Assembly: GCA_047495785.1 (NCBI GenBank)
Contig: JBLDXI010000041.1
Coordinates: 62,001 to 126,000 of the forward strand
Source: Lepidodermella squamata
Lineage: Eukaryota; Animalia; Gastrotricha
Direction of reading: 5' to 3'
DNA length: 64,000 nucleotides
Shown here piece after piece: positions 1-14,334 of the stretch. Position 1 is the stretch's first letter. Every line of letters starts with the position of its first letter. A model generated the notes under the pieces. That model saw only the letters and a list, made by a program, of their open reading frames with translations. It had not been told where the DNA came from and ran no database searches. Both the position numbers and the translations under genes were made by a program.

Positions 1-2997
1 TTCGCACTTGCATGATTCTGGGGGTTCTGCGCGTCCAACCGCAGCATGTCGCACCGTTGAAGTGTATACATTACTCCGGATTTTCTTGAAATTTTCGCCT
101 GGATGGGCAGCACGAGAAATTAAATTGTACTTGTTTAACAGCCATACATCGTATGGTAATTCGAAATAAGACCGCTCGTAAAGAGTAGCAAGTGCTGCAG
201 GAGGCGGCAACGGCAAGACACCAGCAGATGATCTCTCCATATTACCAAAAAGCTGCGATGGAGAATTGAACGGAGATGATCCGATAGTTTCAATTGAGAC
301 CTCAGAGGTAGGCGAAGCAAGAGGAGAAAACTCACTCGAGCCTAAAACCGAGTTTTCTAAGGATCTCTCTTCCTTAAAAGTATCAGAGAACAGGCCAGCT
401 AATTGATATTTCTTCTCCGCTTTCAGCTTTTTCAATATCAATTTTCCTGCAGCCTGATTTTTCTCGGCTCTGTTTAGCTTCTCGCGCGATGAATTCTCCA
501 ATTTTGCAACCTTAGTCTTATCAACCTTCGTTACATCAGATTTTCGAATATCTGATACAGGTATTTCTTCTTTGGCATTGTTTTTCTTCACCTCGGTCTC
601 GCTGCGACTCGGACGTCCACGTTTTCTTACGTTGAATTCAGAGTTCTGACAAGTCACAGGCTCAACGCTCTTGCTTGCCTTTACCATGGGCTTGGACTTG
701 TTTGTTTCTATAACAAGCTCGTCAACTTTTGATGTCTGTGGCGATAATTTTAAAGATTTTGGCGGTCGACCGCGGCCTCTGCGCTCCGAAAACGCTATGC
801 TACAAGATGTAACAGGAGGCACGGTTTTCTCCACAGCTCTCACGATTCTAGGTCTGCCCCGACCAGGCTTCGCAAGCGGTTTGATAGTCAAGGAAAGCGG
901 AGGAATTGGCACAGAATGGGAAGCGGAGACTGCCTCGCCATCGTTTCCACCGTCTCTTTCAGTCAGCAGTTCTTGGCCTCCGGAACTGGAACGCGCTCGT
1001 AGACCGTATGAAGTCACTGAGCCAGCTTTAGCAGCAACTGTCATCTTCGCTTTCTTCAGCGATGAAAGCGTTCGACTGCTATTGCGAGTGCTATCAGATC
1101 GCTTTTTAGCTGGACGCCCGCTAGACGCTAGCGTGGTATCTTCGCAAGATGGTAAATGAGATCTCGAGGCAAGAATTTTCGACAACGAGATGCGAAGTTT
1201 GAGAGGTGGGCCACGCTGATCTACAGGTTCGACTCTCTCTGAAATAACCGTCTGATGATGAGCAGGCTTTGACTGAAAAGCGGGAGTATCATTAGATACT
1301 TTTGAAGTAGTTGCAGGGCTCGGCTTGGCTTTTACTGATAGATTGGTACGATTTGGATTTAAAAAAGCGGAGGCAGGAAAAGGCACAATCGAGGATTTCA
1401 TTCGATGCAACCTCTCCTCGTGTTCACGCTTGAGATCAAATAAAGAAGGGCGAAGATAACCTATAGCGGCCGACTGCCTCTCAACAAGTTTTTGAAAGGC
1501 CCCGGAGTCGAACGGCTGAGATTTGACAGGCTGATTGACGGCGTTTGGGGATAACTGCTTGTGCCGCTTTTTCGGTGGAAGTTGAGTGGAAAGTGCATTT
1601 TCTGGCACCACATCTTCGGATAAATTTTGCGGTATGGAAATACAGAAGCGTTTTCGATTCGTTATGACTTTAGCAGCAGACGAACAATCAGAAAACTTGT
1701 ATAACTTCAAACCGGAAGATCTAGAATTAGCTCGAACATTACTTCCATCCCCTTTCGATCTGAACTCAATTTGAATATTTGCTTTCGCTAGTTTGGTCAA
1801 TACAGCTTCGAGCATCTCTGGTGTTACAGGCGGACGAAGAGGCGGTTCCTCCTGCTTTGAAGAGGTTTCTTTTGATTTAACGAGTTTCTTCTCTTCTTTC
1901 TTCTCTGTCTTCAACTCAACGGCTGCGATCGGCGATTTTCTAGGACTTCGCTTACTACTGGCAGCGGCCGCTGAGCGTCTACTAGTCCGCTGATTAGAAG
2001 AGAGATCTGGTACCTTATGTTGCCTCAGCAGTTTACCCGCGGTTGGAGCAACTGTCCATGTATTAAGTAAATCGTCAATCTCTTTCCGCTTTTTCCGAGC
2101 AGGAGCCGCCTTGTTGGGCTGAAAATCGCTAGCTTTTGATATTATACTGGAAGGCAAGCTGGCTGAACCCGAGAATGACAGTAAAAGCGGCGAAGAACGT
2201 CCTAAACTCAGATTATTAGACATATAACGAATAAACAATACGCCCTTACGCTCTTCGTTGTCACTTGAAGATTCTCCGTCGGATTCACTGCACGAAGAAA
2301 CTAGTTTGTCGTGAACGTAGGATGTAAATTGGTTTAGTTTAAGAGACGACGCACTATGTGCGTGGCTATGAATCACGGGAGCACATCGATACAGCTGACT
2401 GAGCGGCGATGAGGAAATATGGCTCGTCAAGTGCGGTTCACCCGATATAGAAGGCTTAACAACACTTGCGATTTGAAAGGGTTTCAGTGAAGAGGAATCG
2501 AAAAGCGAGCTCCCGAGGCTGGCTGAGGATAAACCAAAACATGAAATGAATGGTCCGCAATCAACGGAATTCATCGAGAGAGGCGCTACTGCATTTGTCC
2601 TGGCAGCTTGAAAAGGGTCAATCACAGGACAAGGAGGAGTGGATTGCTCAATTGGCGTAAATCCAATCGGACGCCATTTTCCACGGTCGACTGGCGTAGC
2701 TGTCTGCTGCAACGGAAAACAGAATGAATAAGAATTTAAAACGATAAACGAAAGCTAACCAAGTTGGCATTACTCTCAGCTGAGCAAACTTCGCCGACTC
2801 GAGAACCTGAGAAAAACACCATACAAATATTATTGCGAGTCTTATATAAAATACATACTGCATCCATCCGATGTTTTGTTTGGGTCACACTTGGGTACGG
2901 GAGGAACAGCCAATTTCAGTTTTAATTTAACCTGACCATTGTTTAGCGTCGTTTCTCGAACCGAGAAACCTTTGCCAAATTTATCAGATTTGTCCAT
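1..2997 (-). CDS. ASH1L: Histone H3K36 methyltransferase ASH1/ASH1L, 5' portion (spliced; runs off the left edge before the AWS/SET domains)
   Basis: Manual translation of the minus strand (absent from the ORF track, probably because the frame has no stop before position 1) gives AT-hooks (RKRGRPS at ~610-630; GRGRP motifs at ~770 and ~860). It then gives EKKYQLAGLFSDTF, YFELPYDVWLL and FKKIRSNVY...ESCKC, matching the ASH1L pre-AWS blocks KKKYQKAGLYSD / FQLPYDILW / YKKIRSNVY. Short GT-AG introns lie near 2200-2250 and 2710-2860. Likely ATG at 2997 (MDKSDKF). Confidence 0.88.
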
Positions 2998-4649
2998 CCC
3001 ATCAAGAATGTAATACCTAAAATTAGCAGCAGCGCATACACCATTAAGATAGTAACATGTGACAAATAATAGATGACAGTTGGGCGCTTTTTCCAGATTG
3101 ATGTACTTCCATCAAAAGATGGCTTGTTTACGACTAGATTTGAATCGTGCTCATTTTGATTGATGATTCAGGCTCAAGTGCACCAATTAATAAAACAAAT
3201 ATAGCGCAACGGCACCGTTTGCCTTATTTACAGGAGATACGTGAAGTCGGAATAAACTCAAGTTTAAATGAAAATCAACGTCAGTCATAGAGGAATTCAC
3301 ACGGAGCGGGTAGTAACGCCCTCTCTCCTTCAGCAATCCTGAGAAAGTCACAAACCTCAAACCTATAAGCTATATATTTCAAAACCATAAAAGGTGACGA
3401 CAAAATAACACAGCGGAATGCGAATCTGAGGTTTTAGGCGCTTGCTATTTCACGCAAATTGGTGCTCCACTCCCAATATTAAGGCGGCTTCAAACTTCAA
3501 AATACTTCATCGTTTCTTTCAAAGATCATCCAGTTAGCTCTAGTTAGCTCTACCGGGGATGTACTGCTCAAAACAAAAATATTATTTTACTGCCCCTTCA
3601 AATTTCTCTACAAGAACCCTGCTTGCAGCGCATAATTTGGGAAGTGAATGTCTGCGAGTAGTTGTTGAGATTCGGATTCAGCGCATCTTTTCAGTAGGCC
3701 CGCCGCCGCCGCCGGGTTCCAGATTTCCCGAAGATCGATTAGTGGAAATAATCTGCTCCTTTTTAAAAGTGAACGCATTTATTTCTAAATATTGCAAAAC
3801 TCAATCATACGTTTGAAAAGTTGCTTTTCCTGCATGAATGTTTATTTTTATTATTTAAGTACGGCTTGATAGAGGGTTGGAAGATTGCTGCGAAGTTGGA
3901 GGATAACCCGCCGTGTGGCAAAGCCGCGAAGCTCCTGGCTCTTGGCCTGTACGACGTGCGACATGCGCGGGACATAGCATACGAGATGCGACTTTCAAGC
4001 TAGCCGAATTTACCGACAAATATAAAGAAGGCGGCAAGGAATCCTCGCGAGTTTTTCGCATACTTTTCTCTTAGTTCGACTTAGTCGACAGTGTGAGCTA
4101 AGAGATCGTATTTCATCGTTCACCCGGCTTTTCAAGTCTCAAGTCTTACATTTACGATGTGTTGACGCCCAGCCAGTCGTATGCGAACTACGAGCTAGAC
4201 TAAAGCAGATTTGGAGACAAAAAGGCCGCTTCCTGCACTCTATAGAAAATTGCCAAATAATGTCCCAGGGCCCAGATAGAGTGTAGAGTGTAGACGCAGA
4301 TGTAACCTGAAGCCGTCAGTCTTGTTTACTCTCAAGTCGAATTACCGCATTTTTCTAATATGCGAATAAACCCCACCCGAAAAATTCTGCCTTTTTCGCA
4401 AATCAGGAAATTAATCTTCGCGGTCAGTGACAATAATTTTGCCTGTTTCTGTGTCCTCATGCGAAAATAGTTCCTGCTTGAACCAGAAGCTGAAAATTAC
4501 TTGAAAGCTCGGCAATAGCGACAAACAATCAACGATTATTTTTTCTGTTGTTTACTTTTCAAGTACTTGCTACTTGTTAATCTTTTCCATAATCTTTGCA
4601 TGTTTTTTGATTGTTGAAGTAGTCCGTCAATTTATTTGTTGCTTTGATA
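2998..4649. promoter_or_regulatory. Divergent intergenic/promoter region between ASH1L (-) and PAK4 (+)
   Basis: Head-to-head arrangement of two start codons ~1.65 kb apart. Only short non-homologous ORFs lie between them. Promoter function is inferred. Confidence 0.5.
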
Positions 4650-7009
<2,360 letters not shown>

Positions 7010-7547
7010 TAAGTCCGCCAAACGAACTGATTCTTTTTTTACGGATTTTTACCCCATGTTCATCTTTTAAAGATGCTAAATTCGATTAAATTTATTATAA
7101 CTTCGAATATGGTTCTGGAAACTAGGTTGTGGCTCTTGTTAATAATATCCTCTTACAGCTTTGTGCACGCATATGCATGCAGTGCTTGAAGGTTTTCTTT
7201 ATCGAGCGAAATCAATGTTTGTTGTTATCTTCATTCCAGACGACTGTCGCTTTTAAAGCCGACTTTTCATGTTTTATCATCTCTCTCGTTTTACTAGTAT
7301 TGATATTTTGTACCTGCCGGCGCCAATTATTACATTTGCTTCATAATACCTACCATCGATTTCGGTAACGCCTTTCCTGAACACGCTCGTATCATTCCTT
7401 CGCTGAATCGGACCAACAACGATGGAATTCCATTAAATCTTGATTGCTCTGGTTTCTTTATACAATAAAAGCAGTGCACATAATATTAAATGCAAATTTT
7501 GGACATTTTTTTATTTCTAATTATTAGAAACATAATTGAAATGAAAG

Positions 7548-9155
7548 ATGAATTCACGACGGAGACCAGTAGCTGCAAATAACAAGGAGAACGGGAAGCC
7601 GGCAATGCGCCAAATGACGCTTGATAAATTTTTTGGGTTGCGGCCGAATTCGGCTTCCAGCTCGGGCTCGCGCGATTCAAAGCCTGCCGATGTCATCGAG
7701 CTAGTATCGTCTACAGAGGAGGTCGAAGTCGAAGTTAAAGTGGTCGAGATTACGGAAAGGAAATTACCCGAGTCACTGCTGTCTTCGCCCGCGAACTCCA
7801 CCCTGAAACGCAGAAGTCGTTTCGGATCAGTTGAAGAACTCGAAGCTTCTTACGCGAAGCCTTTGAAATCGCCTCTTGCCAAACTAGCACCAGTTTTCAT
7901 GCTGGCCAAACGCGAAAAACTGGAAGAGCCTGTAAAACCGGCTACTACATCAAATCAATGCTCTGAATCAATCTTAACCGATTGTTTTGTTCGAGCTCTC
8001 GAAGAATTACCTCAACCACCTCAATTTTCAGGGAAAGAAAAAGTCATTGAACCGTATGGGGTTCCGTTTTCTCACGTTGTACCTGGCACAACTTATGTTG
8101 TCGATTACTTCGTCGAGAAGCCGTATTCTGCTGTTTTTCTCAGTCATTTTCATTACGATCATTATAAAAACTTGACGAATTCTTTTGCTAAGAGAATTTA
8201 TTGCTCCGAGGACACTGCCCGATTGGTATTGCAACAGTTTCAAAAACTGGGCAAACAGCCGCAGCAAATAGTCTATGGTCTCCCTTTGGAGCAGTGGTCA
8301 ATTGTTGATGGGATACCCGTGCTGCTCCTAGAGGCATTTCACTGCCCTGGTGCCGTTTGTTTTTTATTTCGAGTTGGTCCTTCTCGCTTCGTCTTTCATA
8401 GCGGCGATTTCCGAGCTGGATTATTTGTTCAGCGGTACGGTGATGCTCTAAGCCGATTGTGCCACATAAATAGCTGTTTTGTGGACACAACTTATTGCGA
8501 TCCTACTTACGATTTCCCGTCTCAACGGTCGATTATCGAGGCCGTATTAGAGACTTGCCTGGTGGGCCAGAACCCAATTATATCTGACAAGCGCTGTTTG
8601 GTTGTTGTAGGCAGTTACACCATTGGGAAAGAATGTGTTTTTGCCGCCATCGCGCGTCTGATCGATTCACCTATTTGCGTGGCTTCACAAAAACTTCGCT
8701 TGATCAAATGTTTCCTGTCGTCTGAAAGCAACGCAGACGGTGGACTTCGTGAGACCTATTGCAATAGACTGCTCGGTCCTTGCACGCTGACAACGCAGCC
8801 TGATCGCGGTGCGCGAGTGCATGTCTTGCCGATGCAAAAGGTGAATGCGAAGGGTTTGCAGAGCTACCTGTCATTGTACAAACATTTGTTTGACCGAGTT
8901 GTGGCTTATTCGCCGACGGGCTGGACAACTGCTGCCGTTAGCAAGACGAAGTCGTCCGAGTTGCTGCGAAAACGTGTGATCTCAGATAAAATCACATTGT
9001 ACGACGTGCCCTACTCGGAACACTCGGCTTTCGGAGAGCTGAAGCTTTTCGTGGAAACAGTACTGCGGCGACCGGTTAACATCCACCCTTCGGTGTTCCG
9101 TGGGCAAGATGAACGCAAGCGGTACGAGGCGCAGTTGAAAGAGTGGCTTAAGTGA
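7548..9155 (+). CDS. DCLRE1A: DNA cross-link repair exonuclease SNM1A/Pso2 (metallo-beta-lactamase/beta-CASP), intronless
   Basis: Motifs LSHFHYDHY (HxHxDH), HCPGA, HSGDFR, DTTYCDPTYDFPSQ, GSYTIGKE, PTGWT and VPYSEHS. N-terminal PIP-box QMTLDKFF. Confidence 0.92.
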   Translation: MNSRRRPVAANNKENGKPAMRQMTLDKFFGLRPNSASSSGSRDSKPADVIELVSSTEEVEVEVKVVEITERKLPESLLSSPANSTLKRRSRFGSVEELEASYAKPLKSPLAKLAPVFMLAKREKLEEPVKPATTSNQCSESILTDCFVRALEELPQPPQFSGKEKVIEPYGVPFSHVVPGTTYVVDYFVEKPYSAVFLSHFHYDHYKNLTNSFAKRIYCSEDTARLVLQQFQKLGKQPQQIVYGLPLEQWSIVDGIPVLLLEAFHCPGAVCFLFRVGPSRFVFHSGDFRAGLFVQRYGDALSRLCHINSCFVDTTYCDPTYDFPSQRSIIEAVLETCLVGQNPIISDKRCLVVVGSYTIGKECVFAAIARLIDSPICVASQKLRLIKCFLSSESNADGGLRETYCNRLLGPCTLTTQPDRGARVHVLPMQKVNAKGLQSYLSLYKHLFDRVVAYSPTGWTTAAVSKTKSSELLRKRVISDKITLYDVPYSEHSAFGELKLFVETVLRRPVNIHPSVFRGQDERKRYEAQLKEWLK

Positions 9156-9344
9156 CATGTTGCTAATACTCGGTATTTTACAAAACTGCTCAATCAGATT
9201 TTAGCGATTGCGGTTTCAGTCTATTGTTGATGATCTGCCCGCCATTTTCGAGCTTTCTTTTTTACTAAACTTGAATTGATTGTGGAAAATACTGATTGAC
9301 CTTTTATAATATTTCGATAGAAATTACTGATTAATTAATCAAGG

Positions 9345-10355
9345 ATGGCAAATCGAACGGTAAAGGAGGCGATGTCGATTAAGGGGACGAATCCCCAATA
9401 TTTGGTCGAAAAGATTATTCGACTGCGAGTCTACGAATCTCGATATTGGAAAGAAGAATGTTTCGCGTTGACCGCAGAGCTTCTTGTCGACAAGGCAGTT
9501 GCACTTCGCTATATCGGAGGAATCTACGGCGGTAACGTCAAGCCGACGCCCTTCATATGCTTGTTGGTCAAAATGCTGCAGATCCAGCCGGAGAAAGATA
9601 TCATTATGGAATTTGTGCGGCAGGAAGAGTTCAAATATATGCGAATTCTCGGTGCAGTTTACCTACGCCTGACCATGTCGTCCCTCGAGTCCTACAAGTT
9701 CTTGGAGCCGTTATTGAATGACTATCGAAAGGTATTTATTTGCCGATTGGTTTTATACTTCATCACCAGGTATCATAAATTTATTTAGGTGCGACGCATG
9801 AACAAAAACGGGCACTTCGAGCTGACCTACGTCGACGAAGTCATTGATCAGTTGTTGCATGATGACCGCGTGCTTGATATTACTATGCCGCGTCTTCAGA
9901 AACGGTACCAGCTGGAGGAGAACAACGAACTCGACCCTCGCGTCTCGCTGCTCGACGAAGATCTGGCGAACGCCGACGCGGAAGACGACGAAGGCCGCAC
10001 TTCGAGTTCGCCAAGTGGCGATGAAGAAGAACAGGCTGAGACGAGGCGCGATCGTCGCCGCTCACGATCCTCATCGCGCTCTGAAGCGAGCTCTACCGAC
10101 TCGGACAAGCGGCATCGCAAAGAATCATCTCATCGGCACAAAGACCGTCACAAAGACAGCAAGCGTCGCAGGCGATCGCGATCTAGGTCACGTTCGCGCG
10201 ACAGGCGGCGAGATCGTCGGGATCGTGACGATAGGCGGGACTCGAAACGCTCGAAACACCGCCATCGCAGCAGCAGTAGTAGCGCAAGTAGCGCCAGTCG
10301 GGGTTCATCTGACTCTGAGGACAATCGACGTAGTCGACGCGATCATCGCCGATAG
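9345..10355 (+). CDS. PRPF38A: Pre-mRNA splicing factor 38A with RS-rich tail; intron ~9732-9788
   Basis: MANRTVKEAMSIKGTNPQYLVEKIIR...YWKEECFALTAE...PTPFICLLVKMLQIQPEKDI is the canonical PRP38A N-terminus. The C-terminus is Arg/Ser/Asp-rich. Confidence 0.96.
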
Positions 10356-10599
10356 ATTCGCTCAATTCGTAGGCCAGAAAATTGCTTGCTCCAAAGTTTC
10401 GAATTATGCATTCGCTATCCTTGTGGTTTGAAACCGGCAATGGGCGGCTTCGATGAAGTTTCAAGCTTCTGGCGCAATCTTTCTTTTTTGATTACAAGTT
10501 TTTATGTTGATTAATGAAACCGGTTTTGTTATTATGTTGACCCATTAGAAATTACGCTAATAATTGAATTCGGGCAGAATCTTGCTGAAACTTGAGACT

Positions 10600-12854
10600 A
10601 TGGGCGAGTGGAAGCTCAATGAATACTTAACCCTGATCAATCAGGTACAGGTTCGACTGCCAGGCGTCAAACGCGACACAATGAGCTTTTTGAAACGCTT
10701 GCGCAAGATGGATTATTCGACATTTGCAGTCCCGAATCGAACACAGCAAGAGTGCCAAGAAAAAGTGAAGGAGTTGATCGAAAAAGTGCGCACTTACCGC
10801 ACACTCAGTGAAATTTTCACACAGCTGCAAGACGAGTTTGTCGAAGAGCCCCGAGAGGCGTACATCAATGTATGACCAGAGCTTTTTTCATTGTTGCCCT
10901 ACTTACTTTGGTTTTGCTTACGCAGTATGTTTGCAGTACGGAGAAGCCGCAGCCACCTCACGTCGATTACATCAGAAGGAAGATGGGGAAAATTAAAAGA
11001 AAGCATCCTGATAGCGCGGCGAAAACCATGGTACAGATTGCGATGAAGAAGTATCATGACATCGCACCTGAGCGGAAACAACGCTATATGGAAGAATATC
11101 ACAAACGGCTTGAAGCTTACAAGCGTGAGAGAGAACTGGGAGCGTAAGTTTTTATTTGGTGGAATTGATGATTATCGTGTTTGTTCTTGCTGGCATTATT
11201 CCAGGGTGAAATTCGTTGGATACCAAGGCGTTCAAGACATCGCCAGGGATTTGTTTGTGGATAAAAAAGTCAATAAGAAGATGGCGAAACACCCGGACGC
11301 GGATAAATCAGAATTGCAGGAAAAGTTCAAGCGAAAATGGAACGATCTTACAGACGAAAGGCGAGAAAAGTACCTTGAAGAAGCCACCGAAATTTCGGTC
11401 AGTGAAGCTCAATTATTTCATCCCGTTAAACAATTATTTTAATTTATCTAGCTACATATTGGCAAGGAAGGGAAGAAAGACGAAAAAGTAGTTGCAAACA
11501 AAGATGATAAAGCGGCCTCGAATAGCAATAACAACAACAATGAAAACCAGGTCCCCGGAAAGTAAGTGGATTCTACCTCATTCAAGCGGTAGACGCATTC
11601 ATGTATCAATTTCAAACAGGAAAGCTACTTCTCTGGGGGTGTTCATCAAAGAGTACATGGCTCAAGGTCATAACCATCTCGAGGCATTCGCGGCTTGGCG
11701 AGAGTTGCCTGAAGTGACTCGTTTGGAGTATAAGCAGAAAGCCCACCTCATCGTAAATTATTTCCAGCGGAAGATTCTCCTCCAGTTTGATTTGCGTTCA
11801 CTGTTAAATAGGCTGGCAAGACCACAAAGGTGAAGACACCCAAAGCGCTGCGCAAAGCAACCGCGTGGAGCCTGTTCGTGAAGAAACATTTGGCTGACGG
11901 CGGCAACTTTACATCGGCGAGTCAGGCGTGGAAAACGATGAGCGACAAAAAGAAACAGAAGTATGCTTTTTCATCGGCAAAAATTTCCGTTTGTAGAATG
12001 CATGTTTGAAAATCAGGTACTTTGATCAAGCCAAAACGCTCGCTCATGAAGTGGAGATGAAGTTGAACGAGTCGTCAACTTCGAACCATGTTTCGATGAA
12101 TTCTGAAGAAACCGCCGATGAGCAGTTGGAGGTCAAACCCAAAGAGAAACGGAAGCGCGGTGCCAATGCGTTGAAACCGCTTCCTGAACCAGCTGCCAGC
12201 GAGACGAAACAGCCAGTTCAGCCAAAGTCTACCGCTAAAAAACCGAGCTCGGCAACGGAACCTCCGGCAAGTCAATTGACCAAACCGAAGAATGAGAAGC
12301 TCGATGTAAAAGGCGCGCCCTCGACGTCGGCTGAACAAATTGAAGCAAGCCCTCCTAAGAAACCGAAGAATGGTCTGTTGAAACCCAAGCCGCCTGTTGA
12401 AAGCTCGGAATCCTCGGATGAAGATGAAAAGCCCAAGGCAAAGCAAGTTAAACAAGTTAAAGCTCAGGCGAAGACTGAAGTAATTACATCGGAATCCGAC
12501 TCATCCGATGACGAAAAACCGCGTGGAGGCAAGGTTGTTGTTAATCAGCCAAAAAACCCGAAATCATTCCACCAAGGAAAAAAGCCTGTCACTGAATGGA
12601 ATTCTTCTGATGATGATGAGGAGGAGGAAACTGCTTCCAGTTCTTTGAGGGTATCCGTTAAATCTGATCCTGGCTATGAAGATTCAATGGATGACGAGAT
12701 CGAGGAAATCACTAAGATGAATATGACTTCGTTTTTCAAGAAAAACTCGGTCAAGGCTGAGAAGTCATCTGCTCCCGCAAAACATGCCTTGAATAACTCG
12801 ACTGCGAAGAAGCCAGCATTTGCATCAACTGACAGCAGCAGCGACGACGACTAA
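10600..12854 (+). CDS. UBTF: Upstream binding factor (UBF/UBTF)-like multi-HMG-box nucleolar transcription factor, ~7 exons
   Basis: N-terminus WKLNEYLTLI...MDYSTFA...ECQEKVKELIEKVRTYRTLSEI aligns by eye with the UBF dimerisation domain (WSQEDMLTLL...MDWEKVA...MCKLKW...VRKFRTLTEL). Several HMG-box-like segments follow (IKRKHPD...KKYHDIAPERKQRY; KWNDLTDERREKY; AWRELPE...EYKQKA; AWKTMSDKKKQKY), then an acidic Ser-rich tail. Confidence 0.8.
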
Positions 12855-14334
12855 TCCAGTTGTTCGTACGTCGCTGTATGCTTATAAACTGAGACTGATT
12901 TCTTAATCAAATTTGTTAAAGTTTCATGTTCATCTGTTTCTGCTCAACAGCTCAAATAATCCTCTTTTACAAAATATGAAAAATGAAAGCGTGTAATCTT
13001 CCTGTTTGTAAAAAATGAAAAATTTACTGCTGAATTGTACGTCGTTGTGTTTTTTCATCGGTGGCGGTTATTATTTGACCGTCGTTTTGCCAGATTCAAT
13101 CTGCTTTACTTGATATATTCCAAAACGGTACTTGTCATTGTGCAGTTACGATTTTGTGCTTTTAATCAACTTCGATTTATGCCTAGAATATATTTAGCCG
13201 CGAATCAGTCCTGAAAAGATATGAACACATATTCCATTGCTATAGACAGGTGAAAACGCGATTTTTATACACAGCCGGTCTTGGCAATCGTTCAATAAAC
13301 TGCTGATTTTTATCATTGTCTTGTTGACTGTATTCACGTGGCGAGCTTATGAAGAGCCCTATTGTCACGGCAAATATTAACAGGGCTTCCTGATTATAGG
13401 TACTCATATATCCTGGAAACCTGACATCCCCCGAGTCGCAGGAAACTGAGATACTGGAACGGCTTTGTAATCACTTCAGTAGCTGCTGTTATCTATAAAA
13501 GCAACACTGATGTCAAAATTTAGCTATAAATACTCATCACTGACTGACAGGAAATTCAAATCTACTCAGCAAGTCAGCGAGTTCAGCCAGCGGAAAGCCA
13601 GCTAATTCTTCAAGCCATCGTAGTCGTATTTTATTCTCACGAGATTTTGAGTCTAAAGTTGTACAAATTTCATCATCAATAAAATAAACAGCAAATTGAC
13701 GTACAAACAAGCAGAGAACACGGGCAGATTTTGTCATTTTGGAGGTTCCAGCATGAAACAATGTTGCAAATAGTAAACCTATACCTACTACAATGTATGT
13801 TTTTAGCAAGCTGCTGTAGCGTTTACGTGAAAGTTATTTCAACGCAAGCACTCCGACAGATATAGGTAGGTTTTGCAAGCAAATGTGCGCCACAACATTG
13901 CCAGACTAGCAATATTAGTTTTCACCTAAGAGGAATGAGAGAATGAAACGAACTACTGTCTCTTCATCATTATTTCTCAACACGAGAGAGTTTCACCATA
14001 ATAAATCAGGTCAAGTCGGTTTATAGGCTTGGGTTAGGTGCCTTTTGATGATGAGGTCTTGGCGAAACTGCTGCAGCAGAGGTTACAGTGTTAGTAAAAT
14101 AATTATCTTAACTAAACTTTTCTTCGGATGACAAAAAACTCAGCTTACTCTTTAGAATTCGGCAAGTTCACTGAATGAAAGAATGAAAATCAATTTTAGC
14201 CATCATATAGTTTTACATATCAGCTGTCAATAAAGAACACGAGAAACTTGTTAGAAAAATCAGGGAGACGTTCTTTTAGAATGGATAGAGAGACGTTTAG
14301 CAAGTTGAACCGGCAATGAAGTGATATCATAGCG

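Noticed and set aside
671-1993. Plus-strand ORFs 671-1159, 1586-1774 and 1793-1993
   Set aside because: Antisense shadows of the ASH1L coding exon.
9844-10431. 195-aa overlapping ORF in PRPF38A exon 2
   Set aside because: Alternative frame of a GC-rich RS-repeat region; starts at TTG and has no motif.
13380-13810. CAGGG-type terminus and a 90-aa ORF suggesting a hAT relic
   Set aside because: No matching inverted terminus or transposase motif found.
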